A stretch of DNA of 64,000 nt from Basidiobolus meristosporus CBS 931.73 (taxonomy: Eukaryota > Fungi > Basidiobolomycota), in NCBI GenBank assembly GCA_002104905.1, contig MCFE01000108.1:104835-168834 (forward strand), in the 5' to 3' direction. This document shows, piece after piece, positions 41,500 to 54,604 of this stretch. The translations under genes were made by a program, and so were the position numbers. The notes beneath the pieces are model-generated. The model ran no database searches, was not told the origin of the DNA, and was given only the letters and a program-made list of their open reading frames with translations. Numbering within the stretch: the first letter of the stretch is position 1; the number at the start of each line of letters is the position of its first letter.

Positions 41500-42830
41500 C
41501 AATTTACCAAATGGTAATTCCATTTGCTACCACCCCTTGTACCATTTGTATATTCCATAATAGAATTATCCCAATATGTTTGCTAGCCCACTACAACTAT
41601 AGGTATTCCACCTATAGTTTGAATCAAAATAACTATGGCCTCCTGCATACTAACCTCTACATATATGCACACTCACTGCAATTGACACTCTTCTGTCACC
41701 TCAACTTTACATCTTCAAAGTGTGATGCTTGCAAAGTTGCCATATACCTTGTATGGCTGGTAAAATATATATCTTGCAAACAAATGCTGGGTTGCTGCCA
41801 CTTTTGCCATGAATACCTCCTGAATATCTGCTAAATACTTTTTGATAATTAGCCAATATATTCCTTCTCCCTGCTGGATACTAGTCCCCCCTATAGGTGT
41901 GCTCTGGCACCTGTTTATATGAATTTCATACTGATAGGTGTAGAAACTGGCTTTTACCTGCAAGAAACTTGGCATACTTTGGTAAATATGTCCTAATAAC
42001 TAGTTGCTTGTTGTGGCCAACCCAACTTTGCTTTACTTAACTGATTACCCATGCATTGGGGCTGCTTAACCTCTTAATACCTAAGAAATAGGTGTCTCCA
42101 TGTGCACATCAGTCCTCAATATTTTCCAGCTCTTCCTGGCTGCCCTCCATGTGCCATCTTATCACATCCATGAGAGACTTGAGTGTAATATGCCGGATGA
42201 GATTAAGATATGGTAGTGCCTGCAACTTGACTTGTTGTCCTATCTCCCCACACATCTGCACCATAGGAAGCTGCCAAAAGGTGAAGCAAGGCCCAATATT
42301 TTCCACAGACCAAGCAAGACAGAGTAGAGAATGCATACCATCACGGCAGAGATCTACGCATTCAGCTTTATGTTAGTAGCATAGCTGCTCAAATAGAATA
42401 AATCTGTGGTACCACATACTAACATATATGTAACACTATTTCCCATCAGGTTTGACTTGCTTTCATATATATGCTGCCAGAAAATAAAGCAAAGTTGTCT
42501 GTTTCCCAACCAAACTGCACTGCTGACAGCAACAGAAGAATGGTTGGACAACAGCTTGCTCTTACAATCTGTGCAACAAGCCTGGATACATCCAAAAAAG
42601 GCCATGTTGATTGTGTGTCCATTGAAGGTAAGAATGTGGACTTCTTATGCTCTCTGTCAATTAGGCAACTGCATATCTCTGCAGAGCTGCAAGCTGATCC
42701 TGATGTTCAGCCAGATGAAACTGTGGCATATGCATTACCTTGGGTGGAAGACCAGCAAATGATTGCCATAACATCACCACCACCAGTATTAGCAAGTATG
42801 TGGTCAGCTCTGTTGTGCATCAACATTTAA
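41500..42830. mobile_element. Internally deleted CACTA copy: transposase C-terminus (minus) plus accessory ORF 5' part (plus)
   Basis: The minus strand gives TFWQLPMVQMCGEIGQQVKLQALPYLNL, resembling the CACTA W-x-x-P-x-ER..PY.NL block. The plus-strand 42471 ORF is homologous to the 4938 ORF (NKAKLS.SQPN..AD.NRRMVGQQLALT). Confidence 0.7.
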
Positions 42831-43799
42831 ACTTGGCCAGCTTTACTCTGTCAGAAAATCTTGTGCACTAGCTGATTTTCCCTAACCCAAACATAACTAA
42901 TACCTGTTATGGCTTATTGTATTACTTCTTAGAATCAATTTTTAGCAGCTACACCTGATCAATTTTCATGTGGTTTATATGTCTTCATCTGCTAAGCCTT
43001 TCCAAGTGATTAGTCATCTGAGATCTATCCAACCACTTAGCAGTTGCCAAGACATCAGCTGATTGATGATGCAACTTTCCATTATCATATGTGCCTATCA
43101 ACATCCAAGCTGATTTCAATTAGTCCAGCCTCTTGGTGCTTACTAATTCAACTTAATCAGAAAGCTTAAATAAAGCTTACTGTATTGTTTAGTTTACTGG
43201 GTGTCTCAACAGAGGTAAGAACTCAACAACTACATTCTAGTTTCTACCCAAGCCTAGCATATCTAGCACTCCTAAGAACACAAAGCCTAGCCTGCATAGC
43301 AAACCAGCTCTGTTGCCTTTATAGCCAAACCCAGCTTTATACAAGACCAACATAATACCAGAACCTCACTGTTAATATTTCTGCCACTCTCTACAATTCT
43401 AAGACTCTGCACTTAGTTGTCATTAATGTACCGTTAAGCCATTCAAGGAGCTTTATTACACTTTTCTCTTAGATACAATATTTTTTTGGTTGAATTCCAT
43501 TACATTCAACCACTTTACAATATGTCCTCAGCAGCAAGAAATCTAAATCTTTCCATGTTGGAAGAAGCCCAAAGAAATCAGGGAGAACTGACTGACAGCT
43601 TGAAAACATCATGCATGAAAGAAACACCTTGATGCTTGAGCACTCAAAGCTTACCAAGACATGATCTGACAATCATTGTAGAGATGAACTCCTTGAAGTT
43701 ATATCTGGATATCAATAGAAATTGGAATTATCAAAGAAGCTCTACAGAATGTTGCCTTAGTAATTGACAGCATTGAAAATCTGACAAGCCTTGCACTGC

Positions 43800-46250
43800 A
43801 TTTGCAATCAAGAAGTCATGCCTTTGGATTCTCCAGATCTACATCTCCCTCTAGACCTGACCTCATGGTTGTCATAAGATCCTTACCTCTTCATGCTGAA
43901 GGAGCCAATGCCATAAAGAATCCTACTGAGTTTCTTTTCAAGTTTAGCCATGTCTTAGATTCACACCAGCTAAATCCTGCCACCAATTGGGATAGACTTC
44001 TGCCTCTCTGTTTCACCATGCAAGATGCTTACTGGGCTGAAGTGAACATTCCCTCCAGCAGTATGTGGAATATTGCCCAAAGCCTCTTTTGCAGCCATTT
44101 TGAAGTTCCTCTCAAGAAAGCACATCTGAACTGCAACTTATGGAAAACTAAAATGCAAATCAGTGAATCTGAGCAACATTTCTGTGATAGATTTTAGCAA
44201 CAATTGAGATTAGCAGGAGTTGGCAATGATAATCCGTTGCTTACTTCTCATTTTCTTTCAAAATTTTCACACCAGCTACAGAGCAATATTGCTATTTTCA
44301 GAGCATGCAACCCTGCACATACTTATGACAAGATCTCAGAGACATGTACTCTTGTAATTACCATGACTGCAGCTGTTGGCCAGACTTCAGGCAACTCCAC
44401 TCAAGATCAAGCAATAACCAGAAAAGTGGCCAGTCATGTGACCAAGAAGAAGTCAACCTCTACCAAGCATTGTGAGCTTCATGGAAATTCTACCATTCTA
44501 TCAGTGAATGCAAAGGTATTACCAAGCAGTCAAACAAGTCAGTAAGCACTTCAGAGAAGCAGCAAAAACACCAAAACTGATAATACATATATGGATGACA
44601 AATGTTCTAAGTGTGGAAAGATTGGACATTGAACACCTGCCTGTCCTGAAAAGAATTCTACACCATTTGCAAGAATTACTCAGATCCTAGATGAAAATTC
44701 AACCAATGATATGACAGGGTATGTGGAAGCATATGAAGAGCTTACAATTCAAGATTACCACAATCTCTATGAATTTTGGGCTAAAATTACCACTGTTCAA
44801 GAAAAGAAGCAACCAATCACACAGCTAAAAGCCATAGAGGTGCCACTCAAACTCAACAGCCTGTCATCTGCAGCAATACTGGATTCTGGATCATCCAACT
44901 CTATTGCATCACCTAATGTAGTCAAAGAACTCAAATTGGAAATAGAAAAGCAACACAAAAAAATCATACTTGTAGCTAAAGGCCTCTCATCCCCAAGAAT
45001 TGGTATCACCAACCCAATCAGCATATGTTGTGGCTCAATAACTATAATCCATCAAATGGAAGCTATTGACATTCCAGGTGGACCTCAGGTAGTTATTGGT
45101 CTAGACACCTTCACCAAACTTAGCATTTGCATAGGCAGACTACCAATTTCCTATCCTGGAATCACTAAATCTCAGCCACCCATAATGAATCAGATTCCAG
45201 AAATTATCTCACCCCATCCAGAAGAAGAGGAGTCAACCCCAACTTTTCAAGCATATACCCAATCTGTCAAATTAGATACTCAGCCAGCCATAGACAGAAA
45301 CTAAGCCAATCCAAAAAATAGTTTCTGCACTATGCCAGAATCCATTGCTTCACTAGAAACCCAACCTGGTGAGTCAACAAGGAGGAGACAATACCCAATT
45401 TGGCATTCATGTCAGCACTAAGTTGATGAACAAGTCCAAAGTGGGCTGGAAATGGAATTATCACTCAAGCCCCTGTCAACACAATATTAAACAGCCCATT
45501 GACACTTGCACCCAAGAAAGAAGCTGATGGAAATCTAACACTGAAGAGACCATGTTTGGACCCTAGACCTCTGAGCAAACTCCTCCAAGATGATAAATAT
45601 CCAATTCCAAGAATCCAGGATATCTTTTCCTCACTATCTGGGGCCAAAGTATTCTTCCAAGTTGGACTTGAAGGATGCATATCACCAATTTGGCCAAATA
45701 TCTAAGCTGACTGCCTAGAATTTGTCCAGTCTTGCATAGAATGTCAACTTTACAATATCAGCTGCCATGGATTTCACCCTTTGAGTCCCATCTGTGCAAG
45801 CCCTCCTATGGGTCATATTGCAATTGATCTAGCAGGATTTTTCACCACTAGGGTTGATAGTAGTCACTACCTCTTTGTAATTATAGATGTCTGCACACAT
45901 TTTGTCTTCCTCAAAGCTATCCTAGACAAGTATGCTGCCACTATTACACAAGTACTATTCAAGCTCTTCTGCCTCTTTGGTTTCCCTATGGTCATTCAAT
46001 TTGTTAATGGAGCAGAATTTGTGAATCATGGGGTCAAAGCCCTTTGCGATAATAGTGCCATTGATCACCATCTGATCACTCCATATCATCCCAAGGCTAA
46101 TGGACCTGCTGAAAGACATGATTAGACCTCAGTGAGCATCATCAGGAAATCTATCAAAGGTATCAAGAAGAGTTGGGACAAGTATGTTCCAACTGTAAAA
46201 TATGCTATCAGCACCAAAATTGCTGCTCTAAATGCTGGTATTCACATGTT
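43800..46250 (+). mobile_element. Ty3/Gypsy retrotransposon remnant with an internal deletion of most of RT/RNase H
   Basis: Gag (NPTEFLFKF; knuckle CSKCGKIGH*TPAC), protease (ILDSGSSNS), RT start (RPCLDPRPL..DDKYPIPRI..LSGAKVF..LDLKDAYHQ), then integrase (HIAIDLAG..LFVIIDVCTHF..FGFP..TPYHPKANGPAER). Confidence 0.9.
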
Positions 46251-46899
46251 ATTTTGCTAGTGTTTTTCCTTCATTATGCAGTTGCAATTTTTGGTGGAAG
46301 TAGTGCACAACTAAAGACCAAAGTTAGTGTGTATGTTGGTTGGCATAGTCTTCTCCTGGAAATTAACAATACATTTCCACCCAACTGCTGGTACCTGAGA
46401 TATTGAGAATTATCAGTTTTGAGAAGCATGAGATTTAGCTGATATTGTAATAGTATTCTGCTGATCTTCTCCTAAATTTCTTTCTTGGGGTATGATTCCA
46501 TTATGCCACATAGCTATCACTCTCAGTTTGTTCCAACAAAGATTGGTAGGTAAAAGGCACTTCATGATTAACCTTGATGTTCCAAACATGTACTGTATGA
46601 TAATAGGAGTGAGGATGAAGGTGTTCATATGGACTGTGAGCTTATTTCTTTTTATAGTAGGAGCATAAGAAAGAAAAATAACAACATGTGTAGCAGTTAC
46701 TATTACAAGACCTGCCACTTTTTATACTTAATTAGACTAAACACTCCCATTATTACAAGTGTTAGCTATCTTGCAGCCAAGCAGAAATATTCTGTAGGAG
46801 GAAGCTAGGCCAACTGGCACTTATACTTAACCTGCTCATCAGTTATTCACCACTTCCACCAGAAATTACTACCAAAATACAAAGGAAAAATCTGCTGAA

Positions 46900-47340
46900 T
46901 ACCAGCAAAATATCATGAGAGTATCAACAGACTATTGTATAAATTCCAAGTTTGAGACTGTTTATAAAGATTACTTCACTTCAGTGGACAACAATTCAAC
47001 AACGGATAACAAAATGGCTGAGAAAATTAGTGCTGGGGATACTTTCAGGGAACAAGTCAGCCAAGCAATTGGTTTTCTGGTGAATGATGTGATGTTGTGG
47101 CTAGAGAAGTGGTGCACTTCCACAAACATCAATAATGGGGGCTTGGAGGATTTACTGCTACTTCTTGCCAAAGTCATTCTGGGAAGCAATTTAACCTGTG
47201 CTTGGTATAAGAAGAAGCCATTGTGTAGCTGGCAACATATGGCCCTGAGACCATCCTGAAACCAGCAAGTGTTATCAATCAGTTTACTGGTCAGTGGCAT
47301 CATGTACAGGCTACTGAAGTAGCATACTTTCACAAATACT
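46900..47340 (+). mobile_element. CACTA transposase N-terminal fragment
   Basis: LVNDVMLWLEKWCTSTNINNGGL is homologous to LVNDILLWQEKWHISTNISNGAL at about 5630. Confidence 0.7.
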
Positions 47341-47357
47341 GGTAATGGAGTATTTAT

Positions 47358-47612
47358 ATTGTAAGAGTTTTGGAGACATTAGAAGTGATTGGGAGAATAA
47401 GTGAATTATGCAGTTTTCACTTAATGATTTATTGAATGTAAAAGCAGTTTTTATACTTTTACATGGTCTTGGCATAACAGACACACAGAATATGTTTAGG
47501 AAGGTTTCAAGAACCTGTGTGCAGATTTTGGGGCTGTTTAGACAACTTTGAGAATTTTCATGTTCTGGGTACTTGATATTTGAGTAAAAATATTACATAG
47601 AAACAAGGAATT
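47358..47612 (-). repeat. Partial solo LTR of the Copia family
   Basis: TTGTAAGAGTTTTGGAGACATTAGAAGTGATTGGGAG...TTGAATGTAAAAG...CATGTTCTGGGTAC matches 8684-8920. Confidence 0.85.
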
Positions 47613-50600
47613 GGCTTGCAGAGCGGAAACTCGGGACAGAGAACCACCACAATATTCCGGGATAGAAGCCGCCAACCACTGCACCGTTCTTCCGCAACCC
47701 TTTCCCCTTTGCACCTTCTTGGCAGTGCCTCATCAATCACCACCTCCGGTGGTATGCATGGACCCAGAACAATCAAAATGCATTGGCCTCAGAGTATCCC
47801 ATCCACTTCCAAAATCTCTGCACTATCCTGAGCCAAGTTTTCACCATCATCACCTAACCCAGAATGTTGACCGTGATCTTGGGAAACAGGTATGCTCCAA
47901 AGCGGTCGATGCCATCGAACGTAATCGAAAACTGAGCATCGACAAGTGGGAAAAATGAGAATTTCGATTGTCAACATCACCGATGACCCCAGGATTCAGA
48001 AGATATCCAACCTGATTGTAGCTCAGGTTTGGAACGACATGCTGGTGATAAAACCTCTCGCTGCCACTGCAAATACAAACCCGATGAAGTGATGGCGGAA
48101 AGCTGCACAGTTTCAGGTAGAATCCCAGATATGGAGTTGGGAGTGGCTAGCTCCAATTGTGTAGCACCCCAATACGCTGCTAAAACCACTCTGCGATCTT
48201 GCGTTGGCCAAGCAACCCTAAGAACACCAGCCGCAGAGGTCGACAGCCCATGTACTGCCGCCGACCAGGTGAATACCAGGGAGCGTCCCGCGTACAAATA
48301 TGCGGCGACCATACCGCCCACCAAATTCGATTCCGTGTCAAGACTTCCATGGGATGAGGTGATTCAAGCCTTCCCGCAACAGCGGCATGCTAGGGAGAAC
48401 TGGGGTAAAATTTGATATGCAGGCGCATCCTCGTTTGCCGGATTCAACACAATGAAGCACCACCAGAGCCGCCTGGCCAATAGATTCCAGCAGAGGAATC
48501 AAAATTTGAACAGCTCATAACGCACCGGCAAAATAGATTCCGCAGTGGGTCAGCATCAGTGAGGCAGCTATTCGTCAGCAACCGGTTGGAATAAAAAAAG
48601 TTAGCTACCTGCAGTTAGCATATGAAATAGGATAGTCCATCCGCCTAATTTGTTAGCCCCATCTCCTTTTTCGTCCTGAGGAATATTGGCCAGAAGCCCT
48701 CGAAAGCCTATGTATATTGTGGGGCCATCGCCCTCGCCCATTGTCAATATCATGGGATTCTCCCTCGGCCAGCACCCAAAACAATCCAGCATTACGAGTC
48801 CATTAGTCATTCCAAAATACAGAGGTTACCTACGATTTTCAAGTGCTTCAGACACACGGTTGCACCACGGATTTGTGTTCCCTTTGGTCAACGTTGCAGT
48901 AAAGTGACACGCATTGTAATGAGCCATCCAAATTAGGCAGGTGATTTCGCTAATCCCCGGTCACGCGGATATCGGTGGTGGAGCATCGCTAACGAGGAAT
49001 ATGTCAATGGCTCGCAGAAACCAGCGAGGCTGCCGATTCACTTGGTCGTGTCAAGTGTCGGCGATGAAACGGCACCGCTTGTCCCTCGGTATCCTGAAGG
49101 GCAGAGTCAGTACAATGTTTGTTGAGGGCCGATTTGCTCATCAACCGGAAATCTCTCTAGTGCTTGCACATGCAACGAGCCAGGCGAGATTTTCCCAAGC
49201 ACATGCTGCATAATGTACGCCTATGCACTATGATTTTGGGTGGTCAGTCACTTGGTAGCAAATGAAGCATCCATACCGTGCATGCGCCATGCCTCTGAGT
49301 TGGAAATGCATCTGCGGCCGCCCTGGTCCCGAAGTGCTGACCATCTCGAAGAAATCGACCCTGCCCCTACTAGTCCAGTATTGGAGTGAGGAATTCTCCG
49401 ATCTTGATCTGTGGCAGTTCAAAACCTCGGTCATGCAGCGAACTCTAAAGATCACTTGAATCAACCTGCCTTCTGGATGCCATTTAGAGCAGTGACCTTC
49501 ATCTTGGTCTTCCCTTGGTTGATCTGTTATCTTGAGATCTGGTGGGTATTCCGCTATCGCCTCCGTGTCAAATCAACCTGCACCGTATGCGAAACGCAAA
49601 CTAGTTATAAACTAGAAACCGCACGAAATAGCCCATCCATTGGAAAGCACACCAAGTGCACTGAGGAGGCGTTTGCTATAGTGATGCAAATGCAGTCATC
49701 TGAAATATAGTCTGTGTGAGATTTGGGTTGCTTCCAATCAACCACAATCTCCAGTGGCCACCAATCTGATGCTGAGGACCTACCAGATATCCATGTTCCA
49801 CGTTGCTAATTTGGCGACTGCCTCTTTACCGCGTAGTGGTGTGGAGACATCATCGTACAATCTGGTTTATCATGAAGTGGGCAAAGTGCACCGCATATAT
49901 CTCATGACATGAATCCACTCTTGTGACCAATGGGTGCTGTTGTATGTGAATTGAATTTTCCGATGGTCCATTCTGTTGACATGCTGAAAAACGGCCTGCA
50001 GTGTTACTGGATACAGACACTATGATCTGCATGCTTCTAAATATAAGAGAAACGATACAATTGAGATTTGATGAGATTCGGGCCAGTCTAGACCATACCA
50101 CACCATCCTAAAAAGGCACATGACATGGATTGTTTTGTGCGCTTGCGACGGCTTAATATCACAATGATCAACGAGGTCTCCTTGGCGTATTGCGGACAGA
50201 TAATGTGCAAATCGACGCTATCATTCAACCCTTTACCAGGGTCAAACGGTCCTGGGCAGATAACCCGGTTGAACATGATGCCGGACAAGTCCCAACCTGG
50301 AGAAGAAATGACTTAGAACGACGAGTCTCAGTTAGTCGACTTCACCACCTGCAAATCAGAGAGGCATCAGCGTGGTATATGTCTGAGCACAAACAAGCTT
50401 TGATATGGGCTCGGAGATTATCCATCCTACCTCTGTCTAATGGGTGATGTCTGTCTCGGAGTATTCAAGACATTTGGTGTGTCTCCAAGTCGAATGGCCA
50501 GTATCCCATAGCCTTCGTTTGACAAACTACAGCACACAGCACGTATAATAGATGAATGTACCATCAATGATACAATAGTAACCTAATTGAGGATCACTTC

Positions 50601-53600
50601 CTTGAAAGTTTCGAGGGCCTCTGGGCTCATTGGATCCTGCATATGCAAGTATGGCTTTCCTGAACAATGGCAGTGTATATCCTTCGGTGAATTGGGTCAA
50701 ATCCAGTTTTCCGTGTGTGATGATTCTTAACGCGAGCCGGTTGGGATTGCCAGCAACTGGCTTATGCATGGTTGTTTAATTTAATTAAATGGGGGATCAC
50801 TAACTTCTAAAATTAGTCAAGTGAGTTGTTCAGGCTGTGTATCGAAGTGCTGCAGTGTTGCTGAGCCTGACTAGGATCTGTTCACGGCCTTTAAGCATAG
50901 GATCCCATCTGCCTTCCTGAATAGGAAGCCTCGCTTTACCATCACTCATCAGGTTTCTGCTGGAGAGTGATCTAAGACTCCCCTCAGTGTGCACTCCGAA
51001 TTAGCTTGATTCTGACTTCCAAGAACTGTTTAAACTAGCTCTGACATATCTCAGAGCACTGGTGGTGTTTCACACTTGAGGTTTCGCTCCGGCCAATTAA
51101 GCCATGTTTTGGATGATGTTCTATGGACGCAATCTAACTTAAGACCAATAGCTGAGGGTTCATATGTCTCAAACTCTGGACTTTTTTGGAGATCATTTAA
51201 CTCCAAGCTGAACCAGTTATTTGACAGGAGTCGTGAGTTCACTGGTATTTGCATGAGTGATCTCGCACCAGGTAATACTGTTGGACGCCAAACTAGGTGC
51301 ACTGAGAGGTGGACACGTAATGGAAGGCCTTGCCACAAGAAATTCTCCTACACCATCGTCCCACAAGGCTTTAGGTGTTGTGGGCTTGCTATGGCTTTTC
51401 GCAACCGCCGTCCGGCGTCCGTCAGCGTATCAGGCCACTCAGGAATCTGATAATTTAATTCATCGAATAGGCCACAGTAGGAAACCCGAGTACTCCCCTT
51501 GTCACTATTGACAGATTCGCTGCCCAACCAGATGCCAAAATGAGTAACCCAAATCAGACCAGTAAAGATAATCAACCACGAATACCAACAGGGTGTCATG
51601 AAGGCCACTGCCATTCCGGTAGATCATTGTTACCATGATACATTTACCAGTGACCAAAGGTAAAAACATTCCCTTTAGTCATAGACGTCAGGCCGGCCCT
51701 GATTGGCCGCATGGCTGCCATACAGGATTGGTAACTAAAATAATCGAAGGGGGTATTACAAACGACATAAGCCAAAGTTCTTAGTCACCGTGCAATTGTA
51801 CTTAATCACCCATGACTTTGTGACATGCACCTGATCAGCTCACGAGTTGCCTCTACAGCAGATTGAGTCAACAAGGGCTTATCAACAACTCCCCTGAATC
51901 AAGCGTAATCGCGACTAAGAGAGAAGTGGTAGTCTTACAGAAAATGCCCGAGACTAAACAAGTCGAACGTTCACACGCATCGCATGGAACGCAACTTCAG
52001 TCTCTCTCGAGTGGGTTGTGCTGATCCATCAATAACACAGACGGGCCTAATTCCTGGTCAAGAAAATCATGGCCTGCCGTCGGATTTTCTCCAACGCCAC
52101 AGTTTTTACACGTAATAAGCAGCGCAGAGTTCACTGGTGATGATGGCGCATCTGTTCGGCGGTATTGAGGAATGCAGATAGGAGCCAAGATTAAGAGGTA
52201 GCCTGAATGGGCTCCATATTGCTTTGGTTTGCGTTACCTTGTGTGGCTTCCACTTTTGATAGGCACAGTCGATTTATTGGTCATCCGGTTTTAGAATGGC
52301 CATTAGTTACACTTATATCCGCGATTATTAAGCTCTGCTATGTGGCTTGATGGAAGCAACCACTGATTTCTGCTGCTCTTAATTAAGTGTGTTTAATATG
52401 ATATCTTGAGTCAGCAATTCTTACTAAATCTGTAATTAATCTACACCCTGATCACAGAAATCCGAGTATTCTTAATTATCCATGTTCTCTCATATTGTTC
52501 GAACAAGAATCAGATCCACGTTGATTTAAGATTTCGGATGCAACCGGGTTTTTTTTACTGTCTCTTCCTCCATTTTAGGGCCGAATGTATCACCGTTTCC
52601 GCCTAAGGCAGTTCCCCTTTCGATAGCGTCTGGTAATGGGCCATCACTGCTGTCGCGTTTTGTTGGATATATACCATGCCGATTAGTGTCGTAGCGGATG
52701 GACTGTTCTGTGCCTGCAAGTCCGAGTATATCCCTCAGCCATCCAGTGGTCCCCAGTCTGTAAAGTCCTCTGTATATTTGAGGCTTACTCTTGTGCCAAG
52801 TAACTAGAGTACCAGTTACAGCAGGTTTCTCCAACCGCTGACTCATAGCCAGATCCCCAAGCTCATTTGATGCTGTTGGAATGGGCTTAAGCTCTTTTTG
52901 AGCATGCTCAGCTTATGCACGAACAGTACAGCTCCTGGTAACCATAGTTTTAGCTACAGGTTATCAAACTACTTTCGAATTGGACAGTCTCTCCACAAAT
53001 ACGCTTGATAAGAAATCGATTGCTTCGGTTTCCAATGTACGGTCAATTCCGTGTGGTGTATTCTCGTTGTAGGCTGAGATGTGGGGTTACAGTACAAAAG
53101 GTAAACCGCACGAATCCAAACACTTACGCATCATTTCAATTGCCATTTACGCTAAATTGGTGAACAATTATCGAGAATCAGGCCGTCTCCCAATTGAGCT
53201 ACTCGGATCACAAGGGGATGTCAAAATGCCAGTAAAGGGCAGCTGGTTGTGATCATGTATTCAAGTGCTATGCTTATTTTAGACTTATCACGGTAAACCA
53301 CCTAAAACCGCCGTACAAATATATACTATGCTTCACACACTTGTTGAGCTCATGGAGACAACAAATAGAGTAGCAAGGGATTATTGGTAGTTTTATTTAT
53401 GGTAGCGTTTAGCTTTCGCCCTGCTGGTTACCTTGGACAATGGCACACGGGTAGCCCAGCGAAGAATTGCAACCTAGGCACCGATCTGGCAGGTCCTCCT
53501 TTGTCTCTAGAGTGGTAGGAAGCTGCAGCTGGTATGAGATGCTCTGTCCGAATATACACACCAGGGTTGGAGGTGTGGCAAGCTACGGAGTCTCATAGTA

Positions 53601-54604
53601 AGGTTGACGGGCTTACGTGTTCCAACACGCTACCTTTCTGGATTTGCTTGGTGTCGGTTACTTTGCGGCCGGTGCTCTCGCCGTACCTCAAGAGTAACTG
53701 GGCGCCCCAGATGCAAGAGCTCAGAAGAATTCAATTGATGCCTACATGGTTGTCCATCACAGTGTTTCATTGAACAGCTCGTTTGATTCCAGTTTTCTAC
53801 AGCGCATCCAAGCCTGGTTGTGCTCTCCACCGGGTATCAATGTCACTGGTAAGATACCAACTCACTCGGAGTTGCAGGTTGTGATTGGGCTGGGAGAGGC
53901 GTACAAAATTGGGGCTAATAAGTGGTTGCAAAGTGGATAGAATACGATCGACTTAATCCCGTCAGTAGCTCAAAACGAATCTCCAACATGATGGTGACTA
54001 GGAATGCGATGTTTCAAACAAAATTTAACTTGGAATATTGACCAACGATATGCGTACAACTCCATTGGCTGGAGAAGTCTCCTGTTTTACAACTTTTATT
54101 GAAATTGATGGAATTTCAATGGGCCCGAAATGGATATCCTCTGGATTTGTTGGCTCTTCGTTTTTCCCCAACGAAATTCATGGTTTATGATATATCGGGT
54201 GACCTTTCATGGAGGCCGTGGATTTTGTTATATAAGAGCGCCAGCGCGGCCCTTACTGGCCATTTGATAATACTCGGCTCTACAAGAGTTGCCTTGATCC
54301 TCACGTTCCAACATTACCTCAATCATCCTTGAATAGGATACCGTGTTCATTGTTCCCCATTGAAGTATTCATCCTTTGTGTCGTTGTTCTCTCCTTGGCG
54401 TCAACTTCACAAGTTCTTGCTGAATACTGCTGCATACAACCTTCTTTCCTTTCACCACTCTCGAACTAGTATTGTTGGAAGCATATTTGGCTGGTTCCCT
54501 GCTGTGTTTGGTCGATTATTAAGGTCTAACTAATTCCAGAGTCAAGATAGTTTATCAACCCCACCTCCCTTGCTTTTCCCACTCGCTCCCAGTTGTACCT
54601 AATC

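Noticed and set aside
54576-54582. CSL-binding motif TTCCCAC just upstream of the CSL ATG (another GTGGGAA at 47946) as autoregulation
   Set aside because: About one such 7-mer is expected by chance in 7 kb on two strands.
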